In this document: positions 17,522 to 25,721 of the stretch, piece after piece | Position numbering within the stretch: the stretch's first letter is position 1 | Layout of the letters: each line of letters begins with the position of its first letter | Virus record (IMG/VR): IMGVR_UViG_3300042898_002829 | Coordinates: 1-32,626 of that record | Strand: one strand, 5' to 3' | DNA: 32,626 nucleotides | Source of the DNA: a virus | Lineage: Duplodnaviria > Caudoviricetes | Notes under the pieces: generated by a model | Seen by the model: the letters and a program-made list of their open reading frames with translations, nothing else | Told to the model about the DNA's origin: nothing | Database searches by the model: none | Made by a program: the position numbers and the translations under genes

Positions 17522-17872
17522 TTAGAAAGGCATATCGTCCGATTCTGTAGCGGTTTCTGCTGGAGCTTCTGTAGCGGTTTCTGTTTGAGCTTTAAATATT
17601 TTCCAAGCGTCTAAACTATTAAACCAACGTCTGCTAGCTTCTGGTTCCCCATCTTTTAAATAAGAACGACCTCTTAAATTGTATTCAATATCAACAAAAT
17701 TACCTACTTTATTGTATTGTAGAAATTTATCAGCTTTTTCTCCAGAAGTTTCAAAAAGAACCTCTTGTGGGTATTGGCTTTCAATTCTTACAACGAATTC
17801 TACTTTTTTGTAAGTTGCTGTAATTTGTTTCAATTCTCCGATGTGTACGATTTCAACGTTTCTTAATTCCAT
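17522..17872 (-). CDS. DUF3127-type single-stranded DNA-binding protein
   Basis: 'YKKVEFVV...QYPQEVLFE...YNLRGR...WFNSLDAWKI' plus acidic tail ending DDMPF; near the Sak4-like gene. Confidence 0.85.
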   Translation of the reverse strand: MELRNVEIVHIGELKQITATYKKVEFVVRIESQYPQEVLFETSGEKADKFLQYNKVGNFVDIEYNLRGRSYLKDGEPEASRRWFNSLDAWKIFKAQTETATEAPAETATESDDMPF

Positions 17873-17898
17873 AGTGTTTAAATTTAATTTGTTATTTG

Positions 17899-18135
17899 TT
17901 ATTTATTTGTTCTTTTATTTTCTCTTAATTGGTATTCTCTTTCTGCAAGGTCTTTTTTGCATTCCTTAATGGTCTTGTAAATATTACTAAACGTTTCGTC
18001 TTTCATATTTTCAGACCAATCCGACTTCTCTTCGTCAACTCTTTTTGCAGATAAAAAAGCCATTCGTATATTCTCTGGAATACTCATATAATGTTGCTCT
18101 GACATTCTCAAGAAGACCTCTCTATTACTCTCCAC
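17899..18135 (-). CDS. Hypothetical protein
   Basis: 78-aa ORF coupled in the early operon. Confidence 0.65.
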   Translation of the reverse strand: MESNREVFLRMSEQHYMSIPENIRMAFLSAKRVDEEKSDWSENMKDETFSNIYKTIKECKKDLAEREYQLRENKRTNK

Positions 18136-18952
18136 TTAATTCCTCTTTTCGTTTGTCTTTTGCGTCAATGAAAGTTTTGTTTGTTTGAAGGTTTTTATAT
18201 TTGGTCCAAACATTTTTTAAATCATCTATTGTAGCTACTATAGTCATCTCATCAACAGCTATTTTAATTTCGCTTTCTCCAGAGTTACACCAATTAGCAA
18301 TTAGTTCTCCTGTCTCTTCTGTAATTAAAAAAGGTTGTTTACCTTCAAATAAATTTGTTCGATCTTTTGATGGGTGAGCTAAGTGAGTATCTCTATCGAT
18401 GTTTAATGATACTGTTAATTCGTATTCCCATCCTTCTCTCTGTACATCTTTCATACCTATTTTTTTCACCTTACCATTCTCTTGAACTGTTTCGGTTTTA
18501 GAACGTGTACAAGTTATAACGTGTAGCGGAGCGTGTAATACAGCATTTATAAATTTATCGTGTCTTGGTGTTGTTTTACTCCATGCTGACCAAGTGTTTC
18601 CTTTGAAGTAAGATTGTGCTAGTAACTCATTCTCTTCGATTAAACAAGACCATTCGTGTGTTGAACTATCGATGATTACTACTTCCATTCCTGCAGCCGC
18701 ACAAGCGTTTAATGCTTCAATGTATTTTTCTGGTTGGAAAGGTGGCTGTAAATCAATTACGTTAAACTCTCCTAGATTTGAGTATAAACTTGCTGAACCA
18801 TTTTCTGTATCAATTACAGCTATCTTGCTCCAGTCTCCACACAATCCTTTTGCCATTCTTAATGCTGAGTAAGTTTTACCCGCTCCACTTGGTGCAGAAA
18901 TATTAAGTCTTAGTTTTACTTGCTTTCTGGTTGCTTTTTTTAATTGTATCAT
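18125..18952 (-). CDS. AAA_24/Sak4-like ATPase (single-strand annealing recombinase)
   Basis: Walker A 'APSGAGKT', 'VIDTENGS', Walker B 'VIIDSSTHEW'; SSB lies downstream. Confidence 0.85.
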   Translation of the reverse strand: MIQLKKATRKQVKLRLNISAPSGAGKTYSALRMAKGLCGDWSKIAVIDTENGSASLYSNLGEFNVIDLQPPFQPEKYIEALNACAAAGMEVVIIDSSTHEWSCLIEENELLAQSYFKGNTWSAWSKTTPRHDKFINAVLHAPLHVITCTRSKTETVQENGKVKKIGMKDVQREGWEYELTVSLNIDRDTHLAHPSKDRTNLFEGKQPFLITEETGELIANWCNSGESEIKIAVDEMTIVATIDDLKNVWTKYKNLQTNKTFIDAKDKRKEELSGE

Positions 18953-18970
18953 TTTTTTTTGTTTAATTGG

Positions 18971-19279
18971 TTATTTTACTAATTCGTATTTTACGTTTAT
19001 ATACTCAGGTTTTGTATCTGTATAAAGATTATAAACTTTCGTAACCTCAGGTTTCCACTTTTCGTTAACTGATTTGCAAAATGCTGCTTGTTTAATTTCT
19101 TTTTTACGCATTTCAGTTTTAAATACTTCTTCTAGCGCTTTAATTAATTCTAGAGTACGTACATCATCTTTATTATCTATTAGTCCGTTAAAGATTTCCT
19201 GTGCAAGTTCTTTTGCATCTATTTTCTCGTTTGTTATTTTACGAAATAGTATCGTAATATAAAGTGATATTTTTTTCAT
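18971..19279 (-). CDS. Hypothetical protein
   Basis: 102-aa ORF in the tightly packed - strand operon. Confidence 0.65.
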   Translation of the reverse strand: MKKISLYITILFRKITNEKIDAKELAQEIFNGLIDNKDDVRTLELIKALEEVFKTEMRKKEIKQAAFCKSVNEKWKPEVTKVYNLYTDTKPEYINVKYELVK

Positions 19280-19281
19280 GA

Positions 19282-19509
19282 TTATTTAAATTTTGAGAAG
19301 CGATTTGCTTCTGATTTGTTAATGTCTTTTTCGTGTGCTATCATTGCATCTAATATCTCTTCAGTAATTTCAAGATATTTTTTTGGAACATTACAGAATA
19401 ATTTGGTAAACCAGTGACATTCTATAGATTTTGGGTTTTTATAAGTGGCTCTCCCTAGCCAGAAATACAGTTTTTGTCTGTTCTGTATTTTTTTAAATTT
19501 TGTTATCAT
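19282..19509 (-). CDS. Hypothetical protein
   Basis: 75-aa basic ORF, 2-nt spacing to the neighbour. Confidence 0.65.
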   Translation of the reverse strand: MITKFKKIQNRQKLYFWLGRATYKNPKSIECHWFTKLFCNVPKKYLEITEEILDAMIAHEKDINKSEANRFSKFK

Positions 19510-19510
19510 A

Positions 19511-19729
19511 TTAATTAGGTCTTGTTAGTTTAAACATTATTTCTTTTGTCATTGTTTGAATTTCTTCTACTTCAATTTTGTAAGGTCTATATTTTGAACC
19601 GTACATTTCCGTAACCAGCACTTCCGCGTGCTTTTTTGTGATAGCTTGCAAATAATGAATGTCAAAATCTTTTTCCATTTCATCCTCCCAAACAAATCGA
19701 TACCATACAGTTAATTTAAAGTTTTTCAT
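19511..19729 (-). CDS. Hypothetical protein
   Basis: 72-aa ORF, first gene after tandem promoters. Confidence 0.65.
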   Translation of the reverse strand: MKNFKLTVWYRFVWEDEMEKDFDIHYLQAITKKHAEVLVTEMYGSKYRPYKIEVEEIQTMTKEIMFKLTRPN

Positions 19730-19764
19730 GATTTCTTTTTTTTAGTTTGTTATTATTTCTTTAT

Positions 19765-19804
19765 CAAATGTAGTAATAAATTACATAAATACAATACAAA
19801 TATA
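19765..19804 (-). promoter_or_regulatory. Tandem leftward -7 elements
   Basis: On the - strand, TACATTTG (19765-19772) and TATATTTG (19797-19804). Confidence 0.6.
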
Positions 19805-19826
19805 TGTTAAATTTTTGTTAAATTAT

Positions 19827-20330
19827 TTACATTAAATTTTTTACAGCGTATTTAAGGGAAAATTCTAATCTATACGCTTCTTCTTCAAACGGACGTGAAA
19901 AGTATGGGTATTTAAACGTGTAGGTTAGTCCCTCAAACCAAAATCCATAGCTTAATGTTTTTAGCCTTCCTGAGTAACTTTGTTGTACATGTACCATCTC
20001 GTGCACGATAGATTCTATTAATAAATCGTCAGTTAATTTTGGATTAATATTTATCAAGTAATAACCATCTTTATCTTCTACGTACGCAAAATAATTTATA
20101 GCTTCTTCTTCTGACATAGCAACACAAACAATTAGAGCTTTTTTAATTTGCAGTATTTGAGCAGTAATATTTACTATACTATCTAGATTTTTATAAGGCG
20201 TAAAGTTTATAATTTTTATTGTAGGGTCTAAAGAAATTTTCTTTTCTATTTTTTTTTCAGGCGCAAAATAAACTGAAAAAACAGCCAGTACAAGAACGGC
20301 TGTTAAAGTTTTTAAAATTGTGTTTTTCAT
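19827..20330 (-). CDS. Membrane-anchored or secreted HEXXH zinc metallopeptidase-like protein; start revised to 20330
   Basis: N-terminal hydrophobic segment, 'SIVHEMVHVQQ' and 'RPFEEEAY'; ATGA-coupled to the upstream peptide. Confidence 0.78.
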   Translation of the reverse strand: MKNTILKTLTAVLVLAVFSVYFAPEKKIEKKISLDPTIKIINFTPYKNLDSIVNITAQILQIKKALIVCVAMSEEEAINYFAYVEDKDGYYLININPKLTDDLLIESIVHEMVHVQQSYSGRLKTLSYGFWFEGLTYTFKYPYFSRPFEEEAYRLEFSLKYAVKNLM

Positions 20331-20410
20331 AATGTTAAAATAAAAGTTGTTAAAGCCATTGCAGCTACTGCAATACAAAAAACTATGCTGTATTTTTCAA
20401 ATTCTTTCAT
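20327..20410 (-). CDS. 27-aa single-TM peptide (absent from ORF track)
   Basis: MKEFEKYSIVFCIAVAAMALTTFILTL; ATGA overlaps at both ends. Confidence 0.65.
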   Translation of the reverse strand: MKEFEKYSIVFCIAVAAMALTTFILTL

Positions 20411-20517
20411 AATTCTAAGAATGTTTTTATTGCTACAAATACTCTAAACAAAAATACCGCTACAATTGATGATATAAAAAATAAAATTCCGCCGTGGTTA
20501 TATAAAAATTTTTTCAT
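20407..20517 (-). CDS. 36-aa single-TM peptide (absent from ORF track)
   Basis: MKKFLYNHGGILFFISSIVAVFLFRVFVAIKTFLEL; ATGA overlaps at both ends; paralog of 21485-21589. Confidence 0.7.
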   Translation of the reverse strand: MKKFLYNHGGILFFISSIVAVFLFRVFVAIKTFLEL

Positions 20518-21068
20518 GATTTTTTAGTTTTTTTTTCAGAATGCAAGTTAGCAATAATTTTTATATTTACGGTCTTTGCAATTCTATTTTCTAAATTAAA
20601 AGGTATTTCAATATCAAAATCTGCAATCATAATTGTAAAATCTGCCACAATTTCAATGCCTCCTTTTACTTTTTTGAGAAAGGAATTGACTATAATTTCT
20701 TTTGATTTTCCGTGCAGAGTTATTTTTCCTGCTATCTGATATTCTTTTTCTACCTCATTAATATCAAAGTTAATAATTTTACCTTTAAAAACAGCTCTTG
20801 GATATTTTTTGCTTTCTATGTAATTGTCATTAAATTGTCGTTTCATAATATCCATTGGAAAAACAAAGTCTTTCATTACAAGCACGCATACTAGTGCGCT
20901 TGTTTTAGGATCGAGCATGATTGTTCCTGATTTACTAACCGCTTTTATATCTTTAAAAAAGGGAACAGAAACATCAAAATTTACAATTGCTTTTGTGGTT
21001 TTATATTTATTCTGAGCCATCATGCTTATTGATATAAAAAACATAATAAATAATGTGGTAGTTTTCAT
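20514..21068 (-). CDS. YceI-like (polyisoprenoid/lipid-binding) exported protein
   Basis: Signal peptide; 'FNDNYIESKKYPRAVFKG', 'IAGKITLHGKSKEI' and 'ADFDIEIP' resemble Bacteroidota YceI. Confidence 0.8.
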   Translation of the reverse strand: MKTTTLFIMFFISISMMAQNKYKTTKAIVNFDVSVPFFKDIKAVSKSGTIMLDPKTSALVCVLVMKDFVFPMDIMKRQFNDNYIESKKYPRAVFKGKIINFDINEVEKEYQIAGKITLHGKSKEIIVNSFLKKVKGGIEIVADFTIMIADFDIEIPFNLENRIAKTVNIKIIANLHSEKKTKKS

Positions 21069-21424
21069 AGATCTAATTGTTTTTTTGCGTATTCTGTCAG
21101 TTTTAGTGGATTTCGACTACTCACCAAAGATTCTACTGTATTATTGTGTTTGAAAGAATAAAGACGTATCGATAATTTTGCTTTTAAAAATATTGAATCA
21201 TAAGCATAAACGAACCCCTCAAAAATACAATTATCATTATTTGGTTGCTTTAAAGGATTACCTTTTTCATCGCAAGAAACAAACATTTCTATCGTTAGTT
21301 TAGTTTTCAAGAACTCTGAATATTTTACAATTCTTTTTATGTAAACGTCTTGTGTTATTTTTTCATCGTACAATAACTCGAATTGTTGTAAAACGAACTC
21401 TGTGTTTGATATTAATGTTGCCAT
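21065..21424 (-). CDS. Hypothetical phage protein
   Basis: 119-aa ORF, ATGA-coupled to YceI. Confidence 0.7.
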   Translation of the reverse strand: MATLISNTEFVLQQFELLYDEKITQDVYIKRIVKYSEFLKTKLTIEMFVSCDEKGNPLKQPNNDNCIFEGFVYAYDSIFLKAKLSIRLYSFKHNNTVESLVSSRNPLKLTEYAKKQLDL

Positions 21425-21440
21425 GGTTTCTTTAGTTTTT

Positions 21441-21474
21441 AAATTGTTTCCCTCATTGATGAAGGAAACAATTT
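21441..21474. promoter_or_regulatory. Near-perfect intergenic inverted repeat
   Basis: AAATTGTTTCC-C-TCAT-TG-ATGA-A-GGAAACAATTT. Confidence 0.55.
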
Positions 21475-21484
21475 TGTTAATTAA

Positions 21485-21589
21485 TTATTTCCAATTTAAG
21501 TTAGGAAAAAATACTCTGAATAAAATAACTGTTACTATTGCTGATGCGAATAATAAATAACCTCCGTTTTTGTTGATAAATGTTCTCAT
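21485..21589 (-). CDS. 34-aa single-TM peptide (absent from ORF track)
   Basis: MRTFINKNGGYLLFASAIVTVILFRVFFPNLNWK; leader ending AGAAATCATG is shared with neighbours. Confidence 0.7.
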   Translation of the reverse strand: MRTFINKNGGYLLFASAIVTVILFRVFFPNLNWK

Positions 21590-21615
21590 GATTTCTAATT
21601 TTTAGGTGTTTTTGA

Positions 21616-21738
21616 TTATTTTAAATTTCCCCATTTTGCAATTGCTAAAAATACGATTGCAATTATTGAGATGATAATTAAAGCTGATTTTAAGTTGCTT
21701 TCTCTTTTTACGTTTTTGTTGTTTGATATGTATAACAT
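21616..21738 (-). CDS. 40-aa single-TM peptide (absent from ORF track)
   Basis: MLYISNNKNVKRESNLKSALIIISIIAIVFLAIAKWGNLK; leader ending AGAAATCATG. Confidence 0.65.
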   Translation of the reverse strand: MLYISNNKNVKRESNLKSALIIISIIAIVFLAIAKWGNLK

Positions 21739-21769
21739 GATTTCTATTTTTTAGTTGTTGTTTTTTTTT

Positions 21770-21967
21770 TTAATTGTTGCTAATTTCTAGCGATAAATCA
21801 TCCCAGAATTTAAATCCTTCTGGTGACTTTTCCCAAAGAAAAGCGGATAATAAAGCTTCCAATAGTGATTCCTTTTCTTGTATTAAAGCTTCGTAAGATG
21901 TGTTTCTTAAAGCTTGTTCTCTGTAAGGATATTCTAATGTTTCGAAATGCTGTTTAATTGTTTTCAT
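21770..21967 (-). CDS. Hypothetical early protein, paralog A
   Basis: About 35 of 58 aligned residues identical to 21954-22169 (hand count). Confidence 0.8.
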   Translation of the reverse strand: MKTIKQHFETLEYPYREQALRNTSYEALIQEKESLLEALLSAFLWEKSPEGFKFWDDLSLEISNN

Positions 21968-22169
21968 AATTTCTATTTGTTATTAATTTATAAAATAATT
22001 TATTCCAAAATTTAAATCCCTCTTTTGATTTTTGCCAAGGGAAGGCACATGCTAAAGATTCTTTTAAAGATTCTTTTTTTATTTCTAATCTTTCTTTAGG
22101 AGTATTTTTTAAAGCTTTTTCTCTGTAAGGAGTAGCTAATAATTCTAAATGTTCTCTAATAGTTTTCAT
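21954..22169 (-). CDS. Hypothetical early protein, paralog B
   Basis: Shares PYRE.AL.NT, KESL and AF.W.KS.EGFKFW with 21770-21967. Confidence 0.8.
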   Translation of the reverse strand: MKTIREHLELLATPYREKALKNTPKERLEIKKESLKESLACAFPWQKSKEGFKFWNKLFYKLITNRNYENN

Positions 22170-22290
22170 TTTTTTGTGTTTGTGTTAAATACTCTTCGCT
22201 TTTTTCTTTTGCATATTTCCTAATGTCTTGAATTACTTTAGGATGGCATCTGACTTGATACCTTTCGTTAGTTAATTTTTTTCTTCCCAT
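22156..22290 (-). CDS. 44-aa basic protein, possible ribbon-helix-helix DNA binder (absent from ORF track)
   Basis: MGRKKLTNERYQVRCHPKVIQDIRKYAKEKSEEYLTQTQKNENY; first gene of the early arm. Confidence 0.6.
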   Translation of the reverse strand: MGRKKLTNERYQVRCHPKVIQDIRKYAKEKSEEYLTQTQKNENY

Positions 22291-22415
22291 AATATTTTTT
22301 ATTTAGTTTGTTATTTGTTATGTAAAGATATAACATGTTTTTATATAAACAACACCTTTTTATAAATTATTTTAAAACTTTAACATTTGGAACGTATTCC
22401 TTGACTTTATGGCAT

Positions 22416-22497
22416 AAAAAAAACGTTGATTACTGGTTCAACGTTCAAAAACCTTTTTAGATTCCAGACCATTAAGTAAGGAACATATACAAATATA
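22416..22497 (-). ncRNA. Candidate small RNA 3 (about 70 nt)
   Basis: - strand TATATTTG at 22490-22497; terminator AACGTTGA/TCAACGTT (22422-22445) with U tract; only a 4-codon ORF inside. Confidence 0.4.
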
Positions 22498-22569
22498 AAC
22501 ATTTTATTTTGGTTTATATTAAAAAGTGTAACATTTTTTTGAAAAGTAAACAGTAAAAAAAACAAATTG

Positions 22570-22900
<331 letters not shown>

Positions 22901-22931
22901 AAAATCATAAGATAAAACTTATAAAATATAG

Positions 22932-22999
22932 TATTTTAAAAATAATTTAAATACTGTTTTATAGCATTAAAAAAAAATATTTTAAAAATAATTTAAATA
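22932..22999. repeat. 22-bp direct repeat upstream of the replication promoter
   Basis: TATTTTAAAAATAATTTAAATA at 22932-22953 and 22978-22999. Confidence 0.6.
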
Positions 23000-23003
23000 A
23001 TTT

Positions 23004-23135
23004 TTTGTTATTAAAAAATAAGTTATATCTTTGTTCTGTTGTTGGCTCTCAAACTACCCCAACTAAAAAGACTATAATTAATCCTTATAGATGATAAAGC
23101 GGTGAGAGGCTTTTGATTTTATAGGGATTTTTTAA
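23004..23135 (+). promoter_or_regulatory. Promoter plus structured two-hairpin leader A
   Basis: TTTG (23004) and TATCTTTG (23026-23033); GTTGG/CCAAC hairpin with loop CTCTCA; long hairpin with loop GGTGAGAG followed by a U tract. Confidence 0.65.
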
Positions 23136-23147
23136 TTTAATAATATT

Positions 23148-23324
23148 ATGACACAATTTGAAATTAAAATGTTAGATGCTCAAGAGAGATTAATCAACAT
23201 TCAAGAAAAAAGAAACAAAATTCTAAAAGAAGCATTCGGAATCTATTTTGGTTCAGTGCCTAATTTAGAACAGTTGGTAAAAGAAATTATAAACATTAAA
23301 AAAACTTTAGAAGATGGAATTTAA
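23148..23324 (+). CDS. Hypothetical 58-aa protein (absent from ORF track)
   Basis: MTQFEIKMLDAQERLINIQEKRNKILKEAFGIYFGSVPNLEQLVKEIINIKKTLEDGI; overlaps the primase start. Confidence 0.7.
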   Translation: MTQFEIKMLDAQERLINIQEKRNKILKEAFGIYFGSVPNLEQLVKEIINIKKTLEDGI

Positions 23325-25593
23325 TTTAAAAAACCTTTGTGAAAATTTTTCTCTAATTACAGTTGGTCCAAACAAAATACCAAACTTTCCTTGGAAAAAA
23401 TCACAAACTGAAAAACTTTCATTTCCAGAGTTTTCTAAGAACTTCAACTACAAAGGTGGTATTATTAGAAAAGATGGAACTGAAATACCAGCAACTACTA
23501 ATTTTGGTATCGTAACAGGTTATGATAACTTACAATGCATTGATGTTGATTTAAAAGTATTAAAATCAGCTAAAGAACGAAAAGAGTTCTGGGATGAGTA
23601 TATTAATTTTCTTGATGATAATATATTTGATTTTTATAACAAAGTAGTTATTTATAAAACCCAATCTGACGGGTATCATATTTTTTTTAAATGTGAAGAG
23701 ATAGAAGGTAATAAAAAATTAGCGGTTTTAGAAGGTTATACAGAAGCTATTATTGAAACTAGAGCAACAGGCGGGTATTGTTTTGTTTATCCAAACAATC
23801 AATATAATAAGCGTTCATATTTAGATATAGAATATATTTCTATAGAGGATAGAGATATTATATTATCTTGTTCTAGAGTATATAATTTTGTAAAAGAAGT
23901 AGAGCCTATAGAAGTATCTAAAAATGATTATGTAGAATCTAATTTAACCCCTTGGGACGATTATAATCAAAAGCACAATATTTTCGATGTTATTAGTTCT
24001 GATTTTACAATCGTAGCTAGTTTAGCAAAAAAACAAGTTATCAAAAGACACGGAGCGACAAGTCCTCATTCTGGTTATGTTTTTAAAGACACTGGATTTA
24101 TGTATCTTTTTAGTACTGGAACATGTTATCCACACGAAAAACTAATAACTCCTTTTACTGCTTATGCTTATAAAAATCATAATGGTGATTATTCAGCAGC
24201 TTCAAAAGATTTATATTCAAACGGTTATGGTTCTCGTTTAGTTAAAGAATTTCCAAAAGAAATTCCAAAAGAAATAGTAGAAAAAATAGAAACTAAAGAA
24301 TTTCCTCTTGATATATTCCCTCGTGAAATTCAATTGTATATTTTAGAATCAAAAACAAAACTAATGTTAAATGAAGATTTTATGGCATCTTCTTTTCTTT
24401 GGATGATTTCTGTTATTATTGGTAACTCTTTAAAAATTGAAGCTAAAAAAGGATGGGTAGAATCTTGTACATTATTTTTATCACTAGTAGGTCAGGCTGG
24501 TCTTGGTAAGACACCAAGTATTAATAATATTATTTTCCCATTAAAAAAAATTAATAAAAAAAGAATTGAGGATTATTTCCAAAAATTTGAGGAATATCAA
24601 GATTATATTTTATTATCTAAAAAGGACCAAAAAAACACTATTCCAATTGATAAACCAAAAAGAAAACAACTACTTGCAAGTGATACAACAATAGAAGCTT
24701 TAATATCTCTTCACAACGAATCTAAAAATGCTATTGGGGTCTTTAAGGATGAGCTGGACGGATGGTTCAAGGATATGAACAAGTATAGAGAGGGTTCTGA
24801 TAAACAACAATGGTTATCTATTTGGTCAAACGAAAGTATTATTGTTAATAGGTTATCTAGAGACGATTTGTATATTAGCTCCCCATTTATTCCTGTTCTT
24901 GGAGGTATACAACCCGAAATTCTAGATAGTCATTTTACAAATGAAAATATTAGTTCTGGTTTTATAGACAGATTTCTTTTTTCTTATCCAAGTAATTTAA
25001 AAGCCGAACAGTTTAATAACGATGAGTTGCCAGAAAAACTGACAGAATGGTATGAAAATACTATTTTAAAAATGAATGATACTATTTCTCATACTATTAA
25101 AAAAGATGACAATAACGAAATAATCCCTTTCATTTGTAGATTAGATCCAGAAGCTAATATCGAATGGATAAGAGTTTTTAACAAATATGTTGATTTGCAA
25201 AATTCAGAAAATGAGCCTGAGATGTTTAAAAGTATGATAGCAAAAATAAAAACTTATATTCCTAGGCTGGCACTTATAATTCATTTTATTGACTGTTATT
25301 TTAATGATGTGAATATTAAAGAAGTAAAAGTAAGTGCTGACACAATTAAAAAAGCTGAAAAATTAGTTGAATATTTTGTACTACAGTTTAAAAAAATTAA
25401 AACAGAAGGATTAGAAAACAAAGATTTTTCTGATATTAAAAGTGGTAAAACAATAGAAGATGTATTTGAAACTTTAAAAAAATTAATAGCTGCTAAGGGA
25501 GTAGATAATATTAATAAAAGTAAATTAGCTAAAGATTTTAATGTAAGTAGAGTTACTATAAATAATTGGGTTAAAAAAATAGAAAATAAATAA
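23314..25593 (+). CDS. Prim-Pol (AEP) primase fused to a DUF3987/YfjI-like P-loop helicase with C-terminal HTH
   Basis: 'NFGIVTG...CIDVD', 'TQSDGYHIFF', 'IETRATGGY'; 'GQAGLGKT', 'FKDELDGW', 'SGFIDRFL'; 'LAKDFNVSRVTINNWV'. Confidence 0.87.
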   Translation: MEFNLKNLCENFSLITVGPNKIPNFPWKKSQTEKLSFPEFSKNFNYKGGIIRKDGTEIPATTNFGIVTGYDNLQCIDVDLKVLKSAKERKEFWDEYINFLDDNIFDFYNKVVIYKTQSDGYHIFFKCEEIEGNKKLAVLEGYTEAIIETRATGGYCFVYPNNQYNKRSYLDIEYISIEDRDIILSCSRVYNFVKEVEPIEVSKNDYVESNLTPWDDYNQKHNIFDVISSDFTIVASLAKKQVIKRHGATSPHSGYVFKDTGFMYLFSTGTCYPHEKLITPFTAYAYKNHNGDYSAASKDLYSNGYGSRLVKEFPKEIPKEIVEKIETKEFPLDIFPREIQLYILESKTKLMLNEDFMASSFLWMISVIIGNSLKIEAKKGWVESCTLFLSLVGQAGLGKTPSINNIIFPLKKINKKRIEDYFQKFEEYQDYILLSKKDQKNTIPIDKPKRKQLLASDTTIEALISLHNESKNAIGVFKDELDGWFKDMNKYREGSDKQQWLSIWSNESIIVNRLSRDDLYISSPFIPVLGGIQPEILDSHFTNENISSGFIDRFLFSYPSNLKAEQFNNDELPEKLTEWYENTILKMNDTISHTIKKDDNNEIIPFICRLDPEANIEWIRVFNKYVDLQNSENEPEMFKSMIAKIKTYIPRLALIIHFIDCYFNDVNIKEVKVSADTIKKAEKLVEYFVLQFKKIKTEGLENKDFSDIKSGKTIEDVFETLKKLIAAKGVDNINKSKLAKDFNVSRVTINNWVKKIENK

Positions 25594-25597
25594 TTGT

Positions 25598-25712
25598 TTA
25601 TTAAAAAATAAATTATATATTTGTGCAATAGGAGTGGACGCCTAGTAAAAACATTATTAAATCCCTGCAATGATAGAAACGTCCACTTCTTGATTTGCGG
25701 GGTTTTTATTTT
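25598..25712 (+). promoter_or_regulatory. Promoter plus structured two-hairpin leader B
   Basis: TATATTTG (25616-25623); TAGG/CCTA hairpin with loop AGTGGACG; long hairpin with loop ACGTCCAC followed by a U tract. Confidence 0.7.
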
Positions 25713-25721
25713 AATAAAATT

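Noticed and set aside
17543-17583. Short direct repeat TTCTGTAGCGGTTTCTG in the SSB gene
   Set aside because: It encodes ETATE twice in the disordered SSB linker; ordinary.
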